Shown: piece after piece, positions 28,752 to 39,134 of the stretch
Layout: each line of letters opens with the position of its first letter
Position numbering within the stretch: the first letter of the stretch is position 1
Notes under the pieces: generated by a model
Database searches by the model: none
Seen by the model: only the letters and a program-made list of their open reading frames with translations
Told to the model about the DNA's origin: nothing
Program-made: the position numbers and the translations under genes
Origin: Candidatus Cloacimonadota bacterium
GTDB taxonomy: Bacteria; Cloacimonadota; Cloacimonadia; G963667145
Direction of reading: 5' to 3'
Length of the DNA stretch: 64,000 nucleotides
NCBI GenBank assembly: GCA_963667255.1
Contig: OY762940.1
Span: 672,001-736,000, forward strand

Positions 28752-29519
28752 ATGTCGGGGATTTTGATTTTTTATGACGAAAAGCACAGCGTTTTGCTGA
28801 AAGTCCTCTGCAAAGATGTGGCGAAGAGCAAAGAGAAATATTTGATTTCCGCAAATTACCAAGAGTTACAAGCAAAGATTTCTCGGACGGATACCAAGGA
28901 GTTTGACTCGTTGCTTGAGGCTTTGATTTATTTCAAAAGTTTGCCGGAAGGCGAGTATAAACAGCACAAGGATTATCAATATTTAGCGATAGACTCGGAG
29001 GGAACGCCGTGTTTGTCATCGGCAAACACCACAGCGACTTTGGGGAAGATTTTCGTGGGACCGTTTCGCAACTCATTTGTTTTGTCGGACATAGCTGATG
29101 TCTTCGCTCGGGAGTTTGCTCTGCCAGCGTTGGGCGAAGAGAAATGCTTTCCGCAAATTATTGATTACTATCTGAATTTTGATTTGCGGGGAAATTATTT
29201 GCAACAGATAGACGAGTTGGAAGAGAATTTGGAATTTGCCAAGTCTCACGCTTTGAGTGAAAAAGTGAAACCGATAATTGATTATTTTGCTTATCTTGAT
29301 TTTTTGCGAGAGAGCAAAACTCTTTCTTTTGAATGTCAATGGCAAGGCAGTGAACTAAGCGTGAAAAATGGTTTGTTGTTTGGCTATGGAGACTTGCGAT
29401 TTAGGATGAATTACCAAAATATTGAGTATCGAGAAGAGGAGAAATTTGCTGTGCCTCTGGATGAACTGGATGAGCGACAGATAATTTATCAATTCGCAAA
29501 GGAATTAAAGTTAATCTAA
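28752..29519 (+). CDS. hypothetical protein resembling a degenerate UvrC N-terminal (GIY-YIG + UVR) region
   Basis: GILIFYD..DSLLEALI..YQYLAI..FVGPFRN..EENLEF follow UvrC motif order. Confidence 0.4.
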   Translation: MSGILIFYDEKHSVLLKVLCKDVAKSKEKYLISANYQELQAKISRTDTKEFDSLLEALIYFKSLPEGEYKQHKDYQYLAIDSEGTPCLSSANTTATLGKIFVGPFRNSFVLSDIADVFAREFALPALGEEKCFPQIIDYYLNFDLRGNYLQQIDELEENLEFAKSHALSEKVKPIIDYFAYLDFLRESKTLSFECQWQGSELSVKNGLLFGYGDLRFRMNYQNIEYREEEKFAVPLDELDERQIIYQFAKELKLI

Positions 29520-31027
29520 TCCTTGTTTTTTACCACTCGGAAACCGTAAGTTACACTAGCGTCATCTGTTGCAGTCGATATTTCATTTCCACCGATTTTT
29601 ATATAATCTGCTCCATTTAGGTAGCTACCACCCTTACTTTTTTGAGGGTCGTTAGGATTATTACTGAAGTAACACCATTCCCAGAGATTGCCACTCATAT
29701 CGTAAATTCCCAGTGCGTTTGCATTCTTGCTCTTGACAGGATGACTCTTGCTTTCGCTATTTTCATAATACCAAGCAACACTGGAGAAGTCTGAAGCTGA
29801 AGACGCTCCGCTCGCCCAGTTCAAATCGGTAGCCTCACTGTTGCCGGAGAGCAATATTTGGTCGTAATTTTTGTCCTGAATGTACATAGCCGCCAATTCC
29901 CACTCTGCGACAGTTGGCAGACGAAATCCCTTTGATGTGGAAGAGATGCTTAAACTCGTGAAATTTGTATCTCTTACTGGTGTTGTCCCTTGTAGGTAGT
30001 AACAATCATAATTTGTGCTGCATTTGGCGTTGCAAAATTCGGTCAGAGCGTTACAAAAAACAATGGCATCTTTCCAAGAAATATTGCCTATAGGGTAAGT
30101 GGAAGAGGAGGCAGACGCGCCAGATGTGTAGGTGTATTTATCTGTAGCAGTTTCTTTTGCCCATGTAGTCACACTATCCCAAAGTTGTCTGGTAACTTCG
30201 GTTTCTGCTACCCAATAGTTTTGGTTTACGCCACTTTCCCCTAAACTTGAAGGGAATTTTTTAATCTGAGGGACATAGTGCATTTGCAACGAGTCTGTTT
30301 TGACACCACTACTTAGAAAGTATTTCCTGGAGCCTGCTGCGTAATCCACAAAGACCTGAATGGAATCTTTGAAGTCGCCGGCAGTTTTCCCTGTCGGTTT
30401 GGCAGATACATAGGTGTTGCCATAAGTGACCCCCGTGATTAATCCACTACCACTAACTGTAGCGTAAGAGCTATTATTGCTGCCCCAACTGACATCGGTA
30501 TCGACATTGCTACTCGGAGTAAATTTTGTGCTGAGTTGATAGGTCTGGTTTTCTCTAATATTAACACCGGAAGAAATCCCTGTTGTATCTATGGAAAATC
30601 CCTCTATAACATAGTAACAATTGACCGTCATGTTGGCTTGCAGGGCAGTCTCTTTTAGAGTAGTGGCTGTCGCGGTAATTTGACTACTGCCAACATTCTT
30701 TACAGAAATTTTTCTCTTCAAAGCTCCTTCATCAGCGAAAGAAACGACATCCGTATTGGAGATGCTCCATGAGATATTTTTGTTCAAAGCGTCAAGAGGG
30801 GAGTATGTAAGAGTCACGGAAGTATCAACCTGTGTAGCTTGGGTCGTTGTGGAGTATAGGATAGATGAACTTTGTTGAGATTGGGAATTTATATAAATTT
30901 TGATATTTGAGTTAGAAAACGATAGAGCGGTAATGTCAAAATCTTCGTTTGCTACATCGTTGGAAACAGGAAAGCATCCGAATAAAAAAATCATAAAAGA
31001 AATAGTAAGCAAAAATTTATTTTTCAT
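29516..31027 (-). CDS. lipoprotein with Ig-like (Big_2) domains and a C-terminal FGE-sulfatase/C-type-lectin-fold domain
   Basis: CAT at 31025-31027 and CTA at 29516-29518 place it on the minus strand (track says +). Lipobox FLFGC; WGSNNSSYATV; ETEVT, GFRLPTVAEWE, YDMSGNLWEW, YGFRVV. Confidence 0.88.
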   Translation of the reverse strand: MKNKFLLTISFMIFLFGCFPVSNDVANEDFDITALSFSNSNIKIYINSQSQQSSSILYSTTTQATQVDTSVTLTYSPLDALNKNISWSISNTDVVSFADEGALKRKISVKNVGSSQITATATTLKETALQANMTVNCYYVIEGFSIDTTGISSGVNIRENQTYQLSTKFTPSSNVDTDVSWGSNNSSYATVSGSGLITGVTYGNTYVSAKPTGKTAGDFKDSIQVFVDYAAGSRKYFLSSGVKTDSLQMHYVPQIKKFPSSLGESGVNQNYWVAETEVTRQLWDSVTTWAKETATDKYTYTSGASASSSTYPIGNISWKDAIVFCNALTEFCNAKCSTNYDCYYLQGTTPVRDTNFTSLSISSTSKGFRLPTVAEWELAAMYIQDKNYDQILLSGNSEATDLNWASGASSASDFSSVAWYYENSESKSHPVKSKNANALGIYDMSGNLWEWCYFSNNPNDPQKSKGGSYLNGADYIKIGGNEISTATDDASVTYGFRVVKNKD

Positions 31028-31303
31028 ATCACCTCATGAATAAATATAGGCTAACAATTTTACTTATCAATAAGTTGTCAAGAATATAAAAAATAATAGA
31101 GAATTTGTATTATTTTGTATTTAGTTGAAAATAAGATTGTTAAGGGATTTATTATCGAACATGCAATTGCCAAGATACAATTTAAGCATACACGAGATAC
31201 AGTCTTTCGAAAGGGCAAGCATTACAATATATTGGCAAAAAATATTTGACAAATTGAAGAGGTGCAAACGATGTAGTGTAAAAAAAGAACTTAGGAAAAT
31301 AAA

Positions 31304-32197
31304 ATGCTGAAAAACAAATTGCTCATTTTTATTGCTTTCATGGTGATTTTGCAGGTGGTTGTGTCGCTTGTCGGATTAGGCTCGGATTTGAATGTAGGAG
31401 TCAACCCCGAGACAGGGAATTTTTCGGTTTGGAATACTCCCAACGACAACACCATTCAAAAGCAAATTTTAACGGAGTTCCAGCCCGACCAGTATTTGGC
31501 TGACAATGGTGGAGAGGGCAAAGTTCTCGGAAGCACTTCGTTATACAATTTGTATGCTAAATTTTCTTCTGCTCCTTTGGGAATGGGGAAGCTCTTATTT
31601 ATGTTGCTGGTAGTGGATTTGCTGTTGCTGATAGGAGCAATATTAGTTGTAAAAACTTCTGGTTTTATCCCAGGCAAATGGCAGTTGATTTGGGAAGGTA
31701 TTTACGAATTTTTTGAAGATTTGGTTGTCGATTCTCTCGGCAAAGAGAGGATTAACTTTTTGCCATATATAGCAACTATCTTTCTCTTCATTTTGACTTG
31801 CAACATTTTGGGTGTTATCCCCGGATTGTCCGAGCCAACGAGGAACCTCAATGTTCCGCTCGGAATGGGGATAATTGCTAATGTGGTTGTGCATTTTATG
31901 ATGATTAAGGTCAAAGGTGCTTGGGGCTATGTAAAAGGCTATGCCGAGCCGATGTTCTTTTTGACTCCGCTCAATGTGATAGGTGAGGCTTCCAAGGTTG
32001 TTTCCATCTCTTTCCGTCTGTTCGGTAACATTTTGGGCGGCTCTATTATTTGTGTTGTTATTTCCAATCTGACAAAGTTCATCGTTTTCCCGATGTTTTT
32101 GTCGGGTTTTTTCGGAATATTTATTGGTATTATTCAGGCATTTGTTTTCACTATGCTCTCGCTCTCTTATCTTAGTGCCGGTATAGTGGAGGATTAG
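31304..32197 (+). CDS. atpB: F0F1 ATP synthase subunit a (with N-terminal extension)
   Basis: PGKWQLIWE, SISFRLFGNI (essential Arg), IQAFVFTMLS. Confidence 0.95.
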   Translation: MLKNKLLIFIAFMVILQVVVSLVGLGSDLNVGVNPETGNFSVWNTPNDNTIQKQILTEFQPDQYLADNGGEGKVLGSTSLYNLYAKFSSAPLGMGKLLFMLLVVDLLLLIGAILVVKTSGFIPGKWQLIWEGIYEFFEDLVVDSLGKERINFLPYIATIFLFILTCNILGVIPGLSEPTRNLNVPLGMGIIANVVVHFMMIKVKGAWGYVKGYAEPMFFLTPLNVIGEASKVVSISFRLFGNILGGSIICVVISNLTKFIVFPMFLSGFFGIFIGIIQAFVFTMLSLSYLSAGIVED

Positions 32198-32199
32198 AA

Positions 32200-32949
32200 A
32201 TGATAGATCCCGGAATTATTAAAATGTCTGCTTATGTCGCTGCCGGTATCGCTGTGGGTGCCGCTTCCCTTGCTACCGGAATCGGTTCGGGCTATATCGC
32301 AGGTGGTGCTGTGGAGTCTATGGAGAGACAACCGCAGATAAACGAAAGACTTTTCCGTGCAATGTTGATAGGTCAGGCTGCTTCTCAAACGGGAGCTATT
32401 TTGGCTTTGGTAATAGGGCTTTTACTTCTCTTCGGAGGTTTTGATAATCCCGCAGGAGGATGGTATAGAGTAGCTGCGTTGATGGGCTCCGGTATTTCTA
32501 TCGGCTTGGGCTCAATAGGTTCTGGCTACGGAGCAGGTGCTACCGGTGGACAGACTTGCGTGGCTATGGGCAGAGTTCCCGACAAGAATGCCACTTTGCT
32601 CGGTAATATGCTGATAGGACAGGCACTCAGCCAGTCCGTGACGATTTATGCTTTGCTTATCTCTTTGATGCTTTTGTATTCTACACCTCTGCAACCGGAA
32701 GGGTTAGCCACAGGTGCTATAGTTCTAAAATCCGTTGCGTTGCTTGCCTCAGGTATTTGTATAGGATTTGGTAGCATAGGTTCGGGTTTGGGTATCGGAG
32801 AGTTGGCTGGTAAATCCAATATGGCTATTGCCAAGATAGGAAAAGGTGAAATGGGAATTATGCGAGTGATGTTTATCGGTTCTGCCGTTACGCAATCTAC
32901 TGCCATCTATGCTCTGATAGTCTCATTTTTGTTAATGTTTGTTTTATAA
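32200..32949 (+). CDS. triple-hairpin c-subunit homologue lacking the ion-binding Glu
   Basis: Three c-like repeats ending GQAASQTG, GQALSQSV and GSAVTQST. Confidence 0.88.
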   Translation: MIDPGIIKMSAYVAAGIAVGAASLATGIGSGYIAGGAVESMERQPQINERLFRAMLIGQAASQTGAILALVIGLLLLFGGFDNPAGGWYRVAALMGSGISIGLGSIGSGYGAGATGGQTCVAMGRVPDKNATLLGNMLIGQALSQSVTIYALLISLMLLYSTPLQPEGLATGAIVLKSVALLASGICIGFGSIGSGLGIGELAGKSNMAIAKIGKGEMGIMRVMFIGSAVTQSTAIYALIVSFLLMFVL

Positions 32950-32986
32950 AATTGAAATAGAATAGTTCTTATATTTTAAGGATTAG

Positions 32987-33241
<255 letters not shown>

Positions 33242-33284
33242 ATCGTTTGAATTTAACAGAAAATTTTAAAAGGAGTCGTAGCTT

Positions 33285-33761
33285 ATGGTAAGCGTAGATT
33301 ATTCGCTGATTTTAGTTATTCTAAACTTCATCGTTTTGATGTGGCTTTTGAATAAGTTTATTTTCCAGAATGTTAAGAAGTTTTTGAAGCAAAGGCAAGA
33401 GAAGATTGCTACGGAATTGAAAGAGACTGAAGATGCTAGAATAGAGTTGCAAGGTTTGGTGGAGAAAAAAGAAGCTGAGTTGAAGAAAGCTGATGTTGAG
33501 ATTCGTGCGGAGAGAAAGCGAGTTTTGGACAAAGCTGAAACGCAAGCTGACCAAATCTTGAAAGAAGCCAAAGACAAGGAAAAGGAAGTTCTTCAGGAGA
33601 GTAAGCAGGAGCTTCTTTCTCAAAAGAGCAAAATTGTGCATGACATTAGTGATGAGGTTGCTGTTTTGGTGGCTAAAGTTTCCGAGAAGATTATTGGTCA
33701 AAAGTTGGACGAGAAGACTGATGCCGAAGTCATAAGAAATATGATTTCCAAGGGAATTTGA
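33285..33761 (+). CDS. atpF: ATP synthase subunit b
   Basis: N-terminal TM + long charged helix; operon position. Confidence 0.92.
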   Translation: MVSVDYSLILVILNFIVLMWLLNKFIFQNVKKFLKQRQEKIATELKETEDARIELQGLVEKKEAELKKADVEIRAERKRVLDKAETQADQILKEAKDKEKEVLQESKQELLSQKSKIVHDISDEVAVLVAKVSEKIIGQKLDEKTDAEVIRNMISKGI

Positions 33762-34291
33762 AAGTGAAGAATAAAGTAATAGCTTCCAGATACGCTAAAG
33801 CTGTTTTCTCTTTGGCAGACACAAGCAAGATTGACAATTTTGTTGCTGACATTGATGTTTTGGTCGCTTTTTTTCAAAATAATTCTCAACTTGTCCAGAG
33901 TTTGAATAGTTCGGTTTTCGGTTTTGCCAAGAAAAAAGATTTTGTTACCAATTTGTCGGAGCAGACTTCTTGTAGCAAACTTTGGCTTAATTTCTTGTTG
34001 CTGTTGGTAAAAAAACATCGCTTTGTTCTTGTTTTGGATATTCTGGCAGAGTTGCAATCGATTGTGTTTGATTATCTGAAAAAAGAAGAAGTTCAATTGG
34101 TTTTGGCGAGAAAACATTCCGATGGTTTGATTGGAGAGATTGGCGAAGCGATTAAACAAAAAATAGGTAAGGAACCGAATATTACCGTATCTATTGATGA
34201 GAGTATTATTGGTGGGTTCGTGGTACATACCAAAAAATTTATTGTGGATTGTTCCATTAAAAATAGTTTAGGCAGGCTTGCTGCTCAATAG
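33758..34291 (+). CDS. atpH: ATP synthase subunit delta
   Basis: IASRYAKA, DESIIGG, DCSIK. Confidence 0.92.
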   Translation: MKVKNKVIASRYAKAVFSLADTSKIDNFVADIDVLVAFFQNNSQLVQSLNSSVFGFAKKKDFVTNLSEQTSCSKLWLNFLLLLVKKHRFVLVLDILAELQSIVFDYLKKEEVQLVLARKHSDGLIGEIGEAIKQKIGKEPNITVSIDESIIGGFVVHTKKFIVDCSIKNSLGRLAAQ

Positions 34292-34301
34292 GAGTGAATG
34301 A

Positions 34302-35804
34302 ATGAAGATACAACCTGATGAAGTAAGTAGTATTTTAAAAAGTAGAATAGACGAATTTTCTTTCGATGTGGATATCGCTGAAACTGGTAAAGTAGTTGAG
34401 GTTGGTGACGGCATCGCTCGTGTTTACGGTTTGCACAATGTGCTGGCTTCCGAGATGATAGAGTTCGAGAACGGCGTTTTCGGTATGGCTCTCAACCTCG
34501 AAGAGGACAATGTTGGTTGCATCCTTTTCGGTAATGGCAGTAGCGTAAAAGAAGGGGATATCGTAAAGAGAAGCGGAAAGGTTTTGCAAGTCCCTGTTGG
34601 AGAAGCTACTTTGGGTAGAGTAGTTGATCCTCTTGGTAAACCTATTGATGGTAAGGGCGAGGTAAAAGCTGAGGCTTTTTTGCCGGTAGAGAGGAAGGCT
34701 CTTGGTGTTATCCAAAGACAACCTGTGGAAGAGGCTCTGCAAACCGGTATCAAGGCTATCGATTCCATGATTCCCATTGGTAGAGGTCAGAGAGAGCTTA
34801 TCATTGGTGACCGTCAAACTGGGAAAACCGCTATCGGTATTGATACGATTATCAATCAAAAAGATACAGGCGTGAAGTGTATATATGTGGCTGTTGGGCA
34901 AAAGGCTTCTACAGTCGCCAGTATTGTAAAGACACTGGAAGAGCACGGTGCGATGTCTTACACGACGATTGTTAGTGCGACAGCTTCTGTTTCGCCGGCT
35001 TTGCAATACATTGCTCCGTTTGCTGGGGCTTCTATTGCGGAATATTACAGAGACAAGGGCGAACACGCTCTCATCATTTATGACGATTTGTCCAAGCACG
35101 CTGTGGCTTATCGTGAGCTTTCACTTCTTTTGCGGAGACCACCAGGTCGTGAGGCTTTCCCGGGAGATGTGTTCTATTTGCACTCTCGCTTGTTGGAGAG
35201 AGCCAGTAAACTCAATGATGAATTGGGTGGAGGCAGTCTCACAGCTTTGCCGATTATCGAGACTCAAGCTGAAGATATTTCCGCTTACATTCCCACCAAT
35301 GTGATTTCTATTACCGATGGGCAAATTTATCTCTCTTCTAAGTTGTTTTATTCAGGGCGTCGTCCGGCGATTAATGCAGGTTTGTCCGTATCGCGTGTGG
35401 GTGGTTCGGCACAAATCAATTGTATGAAAAAGGTTGTTGGTCAGCTTCGTCTTAACTTGGCTCAATATGCGGAACTCGAGGCTTTCGCTAAATTCGGTTC
35501 GGATTTGGACAAAGCTACTCAAGCTCAATTGCGTAGAGGCGAGAGGCTAATTCAGATTTTGAAACAAGGGCAATACAAACCTTTGGAAGTTTCCAAGCAA
35601 ATTATGATTATCTTTATGGCGAACAACGGTTACTTGGACGAAATTGACTTGGCTAAAATCGCCAGTGTAGAGGAGAAACTTTTTGAAGTTTTAGATGACA
35701 AATTCGCTGACTTGAAAAAATCTTTGGCTACGGAAAAACTTACCGATGCTCTCCAAGAGAAGATGCATTCGTTGTGCAAGAGCGTCGCAGAGAACTTTAA
35801 ATAA
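34302..35804 (+). CDS. atpA: ATP synthase F1 alpha
   Basis: [30 protein letters not shown]. Confidence 0.99.
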   Translation: MKIQPDEVSSILKSRIDEFSFDVDIAETGKVVEVGDGIARVYGLHNVLASEMIEFENGVFGMALNLEEDNVGCILFGNGSSVKEGDIVKRSGKVLQVPVGEATLGRVVDPLGKPIDGKGEVKAEAFLPVERKALGVIQRQPVEEALQTGIKAIDSMIPIGRGQRELIIGDRQTGKTAIGIDTIINQKDTGVKCIYVAVGQKASTVASIVKTLEEHGAMSYTTIVSATASVSPALQYIAPFAGASIAEYYRDKGEHALIIYDDLSKHAVAYRELSLLLRRPPGREAFPGDVFYLHSRLLERASKLNDELGGGSLTALPIIETQAEDISAYIPTNVISITDGQIYLSSKLFYSGRRPAINAGLSVSRVGGSAQINCMKKVVGQLRLNLAQYAELEAFAKFGSDLDKATQAQLRRGERLIQILKQGQYKPLEVSKQIMIIFMANNGYLDEIDLAKIASVEEKLFEVLDDKFADLKKSLATEKLTDALQEKMHSLCKSVAENFK

Positions 35805-35864
35805 CAGAAATTGATAACTTTCCTCCTTGGAAGAGATTTTGAGGAGGATTTTTGACTAATTTGA

Positions 35865-35939
35865 GCGGGCATAGCTCAGTGGTAGAGCATCAGCTTCCCA
35901 AGCTGTGGGTCGCGAGTTCGACTCTCGTTGCCCGCTCCA
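35865..35939 (+). tRNA. tRNA-Gly(CCC)
   Basis: GCGGGCA/TGCCCGC acceptor, CAGC-TTCCCAA-GCTG anticodon arm, GTTCGA, encoded CCA. Confidence 0.95.
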
Positions 35940-35964
35940 TTTTTTTATCCAAAATGAGGTAACT

Positions 35965-37209
35965 ATGTTAATATCTTCTATAGATTTGATGAACGGCAAA
36001 GCCGTGCAACTCCGCAATGGCAAAGAGAAAGTGCTGGAAAAAGACGAACCGCTGGAGTTAGTCAGGGAGTTTGCCAAGAGTTCTCAAATTGCTGTGATAG
36101 ATTTGGATGCTGCTTTGGATCAGGGGGACAACGAGGAGTTAATCCGTAAACTCTGCACAGTCGCCGATTGTCGCGTTGGTGGAGGCATTCGTTCTATTGA
36201 GAAAGCTAAGAAGATTTTTAGTTACGGTGCACAGAAATTGATAATCGGCACGATTGCTTTTAAGGATGACAAGATTAACCACGAATTTCTGCAAGAGCTG
36301 ACGGACAATTTTGGTAAACATCGCATTATGATTGCCATTGATGCTTACAAGGGGAAAATCACGACGAAAGGCTGGAAGCACGATACGGGGCTTGATGTTT
36401 ATTCCACTGTGCGTGAGTTGGAGCAGTATTGTGACAGCTTTTTGTTCACGATGGTGGAGGCCGAGGGATGTATGACGGGTATAGATGTGGACGCTATCAA
36501 GAAGATTGAGACCGCAAATCAGCTTACAGTGGCTGGAGGCATCAAGGACAACGAGCAGGTCATCGAGCTGAGTCGTCAGGGCTACGATGTGCAAGTGGGG
36601 ATGGCTCTCTACACTGGAGTTATCGATTTGCACAAGTGCTTTGTGGAGTCGCTTGCGTGGGACAAGCAGGAGCTTCTGCCGACTATCACGCAGGACAAAT
36701 TTGGGAATGTTCTGATGTTGGCGTATTCCAATAAGGATTCGCTCTACAAGACTTTGCAAGAAGGCAAGGTTACCTACTATTCTAGAAGTCGCAAAGAGCT
36801 GTGGACGAAGGGCGAGACCAGTGGACATTTTCAGTCGTTCCAATCTATTCGCACCGATTGCGACAGAGATACTTTGCTCATCAGAGCCGAGCAAAAAGGC
36901 GTAGCGTGTCATCTTGGCAATTATTCTTGCTTTGGGGAGCAACCCTTTGATTTGCGAGTGCTTTACGATATAGTTCAGAGTCGCTTTGCCAATCCGCAAG
37001 TTGGTTCTTATACCGCAAAATTGGCTGACGGTGATTTGCTCCGAGAAAAGATTATGGAAGAAGCCGAAGAGGTGTGTGAGGCTCGCACTCGCAAAGACAA
37101 GATTTGGGAAGTAGGCGATTTGCTCTACTTTGTGACTTGCTTTATGGCGAAAGAGGGAATTTCGTTCCAAGAAGTTTTCAACGAGCTACAGAGAAGAGAT
37201 AGGAAGTAG
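35965..37209 (+). CDS. HisA-like TIM barrel fused to HisI (PR-AMP cyclohydrolase) and HisE (PR-ATP pyrophosphatase)
   Basis: [73 protein letters not shown]. Start moved to ATG 35965 (GAGGT RBS), outside the tRNA. Confidence 0.9.
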   Translation: MLISSIDLMNGKAVQLRNGKEKVLEKDEPLELVREFAKSSQIAVIDLDAALDQGDNEELIRKLCTVADCRVGGGIRSIEKAKKIFSYGAQKLIIGTIAFKDDKINHEFLQELTDNFGKHRIMIAIDAYKGKITTKGWKHDTGLDVYSTVRELEQYCDSFLFTMVEAEGCMTGIDVDAIKKIETANQLTVAGGIKDNEQVIELSRQGYDVQVGMALYTGVIDLHKCFVESLAWDKQELLPTITQDKFGNVLMLAYSNKDSLYKTLQEGKVTYYSRSRKELWTKGETSGHFQSFQSIRTDCDRDTLLIRAEQKGVACHLGNYSCFGEQPFDLRVLYDIVQSRFANPQVGSYTAKLADGDLLREKIMEEAEEVCEARTRKDKIWEVGDLLYFVTCFMAKEGISFQEVFNELQRRDRK

Positions 37210-37210
37210 G

Positions 37211-37789
37211 TTACTTTTTGGTAAGCTTATTTTGACTTTCAGATGCAATCCTATTAGCCCAATATGTGTTGTTATAATAATTATATGTAAAGAAAAAATA
37301 AGACATATATATAACGATAATGATAATTGAATTTACTATATATGATATATCGTGTTGGCTTGATTGATGTTTAAAGCTATAGATAAACATAGCTATAATC
37401 GAAAGAAAATTTAGTCCAAACAAAAATTTAGAAAGATATAAATTAATTTTCCGCATTTTCATTTTGTAATATAGTTCTTTTTCATTGAACCTTAAATAAC
37501 TGCGAATCTTTCTAAAATGTATGTAATGCAGTGAAAATTTATCATTAAGTAAAATAAATTCAAATTCTTTTTGTGATAGTCTAAAATTTAAAATTTTTTG
37601 AAATCCAATAAGTGCTATATCCTTATTATTGGAGTTAAAATCTTTTTTAATTTCTTTGAGCAATTTATATTCTATAGAAATATTTGATAGTTTTCGGTTG
37701 GGGAGTTTTTTTATATTTATTATGGCTACTATAATAGTTACCACAAAGGTTAGAATAGGAACCAAATAATTTGTGATGTTATCTAACAT
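37211..37789 (-). CDS. AT-rich hypothetical membrane protein
   Basis: 192-aa ORF with three hydrophobic segments; no motif recognised. Confidence 0.55.
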   Translation of the reverse strand: MLDNITNYLVPILTFVVTIIVAIINIKKLPNRKLSNISIEYKLLKEIKKDFNSNNKDIALIGFQKILNFRLSQKEFEFILLNDKFSLHYIHFRKIRSYLRFNEKELYYKMKMRKINLYLSKFLFGLNFLSIIAMFIYSFKHQSSQHDISYIVNSIIIIVIYMSYFFFTYNYYNNTYWANRIASESQNKLTKK

Positions 37790-37793
37790 ATTT

Positions 37794-39053
37794 CTAAAAT
37801 TCTCTCCCCAAAATCCCTATCGCTGCTCTAATTCCACTTGCCCAAGCTCCTGTTATTCCTCTCGAAGTTCCTGCTCCGTCGCCAATCATATAGATATTCT
37901 TTTTCACTCTAAAATACTCATCGACAAATTCCGGTCTGTTGGCATACATCTTTATTTCGGGATAGTAGAGGATAGTCGATGGATGAAGAAGCCCGGGACA
38001 GATGTCGTTCAGGAGTTTTAGCGAGTTCCACAAATCCCGCATAATTTTGGACGGTGCGGTAAGAGTAATGTCGCCGGCACACGCTTTGCAAGTCGGCTTG
38101 AAATCGAATAAATCTTCGTTAAAAGTCTCCACCTTTGACCTTTTGCCGGCTACAAAATCGCCAACTCTTTGCATAATGGGAAGTCCGCCACCGATTTCGT
38201 TGCTCATTCTAGCGAGAAATGTGGCAAAAACTTGTCCGCTTCGCACAGGTTTTTTCAAGCCGATAGTTTTCAGCAAAGCGAAATTCACCAAGTTGTTTTC
38301 GCCTTTCTCTTTGGAGAGAGCGTGCCCGTTCACGATGTTAAATTCGTGGTATTTTTCCATAGTCACATAGGCGTTGCCCGAGTTGGTGCAAAAAGTCCGC
38401 ACTTTGTTGGGGAAGTAAAATTTCGGGTCGTAATAATCTTTTACAATGTCGTAATTTTGCAGTTTCGTCTCGACCCTAATTCCAATATCCACAATATTAT
38501 CCACATAGTTAATCTCGAACTTATTCATCATTTTTTGCAAGAAACTAAAGCCCTTTCTCCCGGGAGCGATAATCAGCTTTTTGTAAGAATAAGATTCGCT
38601 ATCGGTAATCACCACGCTGTTTTCTATCTCCAAAACTTCGGATTGCATCTTCACTTCTACGCCCATATCTTCCAACTTCGCAAGAAGATTTTTTATCAGG
38701 AAAACACTCTTGTCTGTCCCGATGTGAGCCTGTGCTATATCCAGCAATTTCACACCGACTTTCTCGGCTCTGAGCTGATATTTGGAGATATTTTCTTTCT
38801 TCAAAATATTCGGATTGAGATGTCTTTTCACCTCTTCCAAGTATTTTTCCGCTTCCTCTTTTTGCCAATAAATCTCCGTAAACCCGATGGGGAAAGTGTA
38901 GTTTTGCTTGCAATCGTTCAATAATCCGCCCGAGCAGATGTTCTCTTTTTCCAAGAGAAGAATTTTCAATTTCGGGTTGTTTTCTATTAATTTGAAGGCA
39001 CTTCCCAGTCCGGCAGGACCTGAACCTACGATAATCACATCATATTCTTTCAC
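37794..39053 (-). CDS. FAD-dependent oxidoreductase (uncharacterised FAD/NAD(P)-binding family)
   Basis: IVGSGPAG, HIGTD, IGIRVE, RTFCTN, GDGAGTSRG. Confidence 0.85.
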   Translation of the reverse strand: MKEYDVIIVGSGPAGLGSAFKLIENNPKLKILLLEKENICSGGLLNDCKQNYTFPIGFTEIYWQKEEAEKYLEEVKRHLNPNILKKENISKYQLRAEKVGVKLLDIAQAHIGTDKSVFLIKNLLAKLEDMGVEVKMQSEVLEIENSVVITDSESYSYKKLIIAPGRKGFSFLQKMMNKFEINYVDNIVDIGIRVETKLQNYDIVKDYYDPKFYFPNKVRTFCTNSGNAYVTMEKYHEFNIVNGHALSKEKGENNLVNFALLKTIGLKKPVRSGQVFATFLARMSNEIGGGLPIMQRVGDFVAGKRSKVETFNEDLFDFKPTCKACAGDITLTAPSKIMRDLWNSLKLLNDICPGLLHPSTILYYPEIKMYANRPEFVDEYFRVKKNIYMIGDGAGTSRGITGAWASGIRAAIGILGREF

Positions 39054-39134
39054 TATGACGGCTCCTTTGACAAGTCATCTCAATTGACTTTGTTTTTTTT
39101 AAGAGATTTATGAAACTTGATTTTACGGTTTTTT

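Noticed and set aside
29516..31027. Plus-strand assignment in the ORF track
   Set aside because: The listed protein reads only from the reverse complement (CAT at 31025-31027, CTA at 29516-29518).
35905..35964. Track start of the his fusion
   Set aside because: It lies inside tRNA-Gly; ATG 35965 has an RBS and gives a normal HisA N-terminus.
36139..37170. Long antisense ORFs (also 16928-17890, 23176-23988, 34335-35099, 52917-53720)
   Set aside because: They are shadows of well-supported genes on the opposite strand and have no recognisable motifs.
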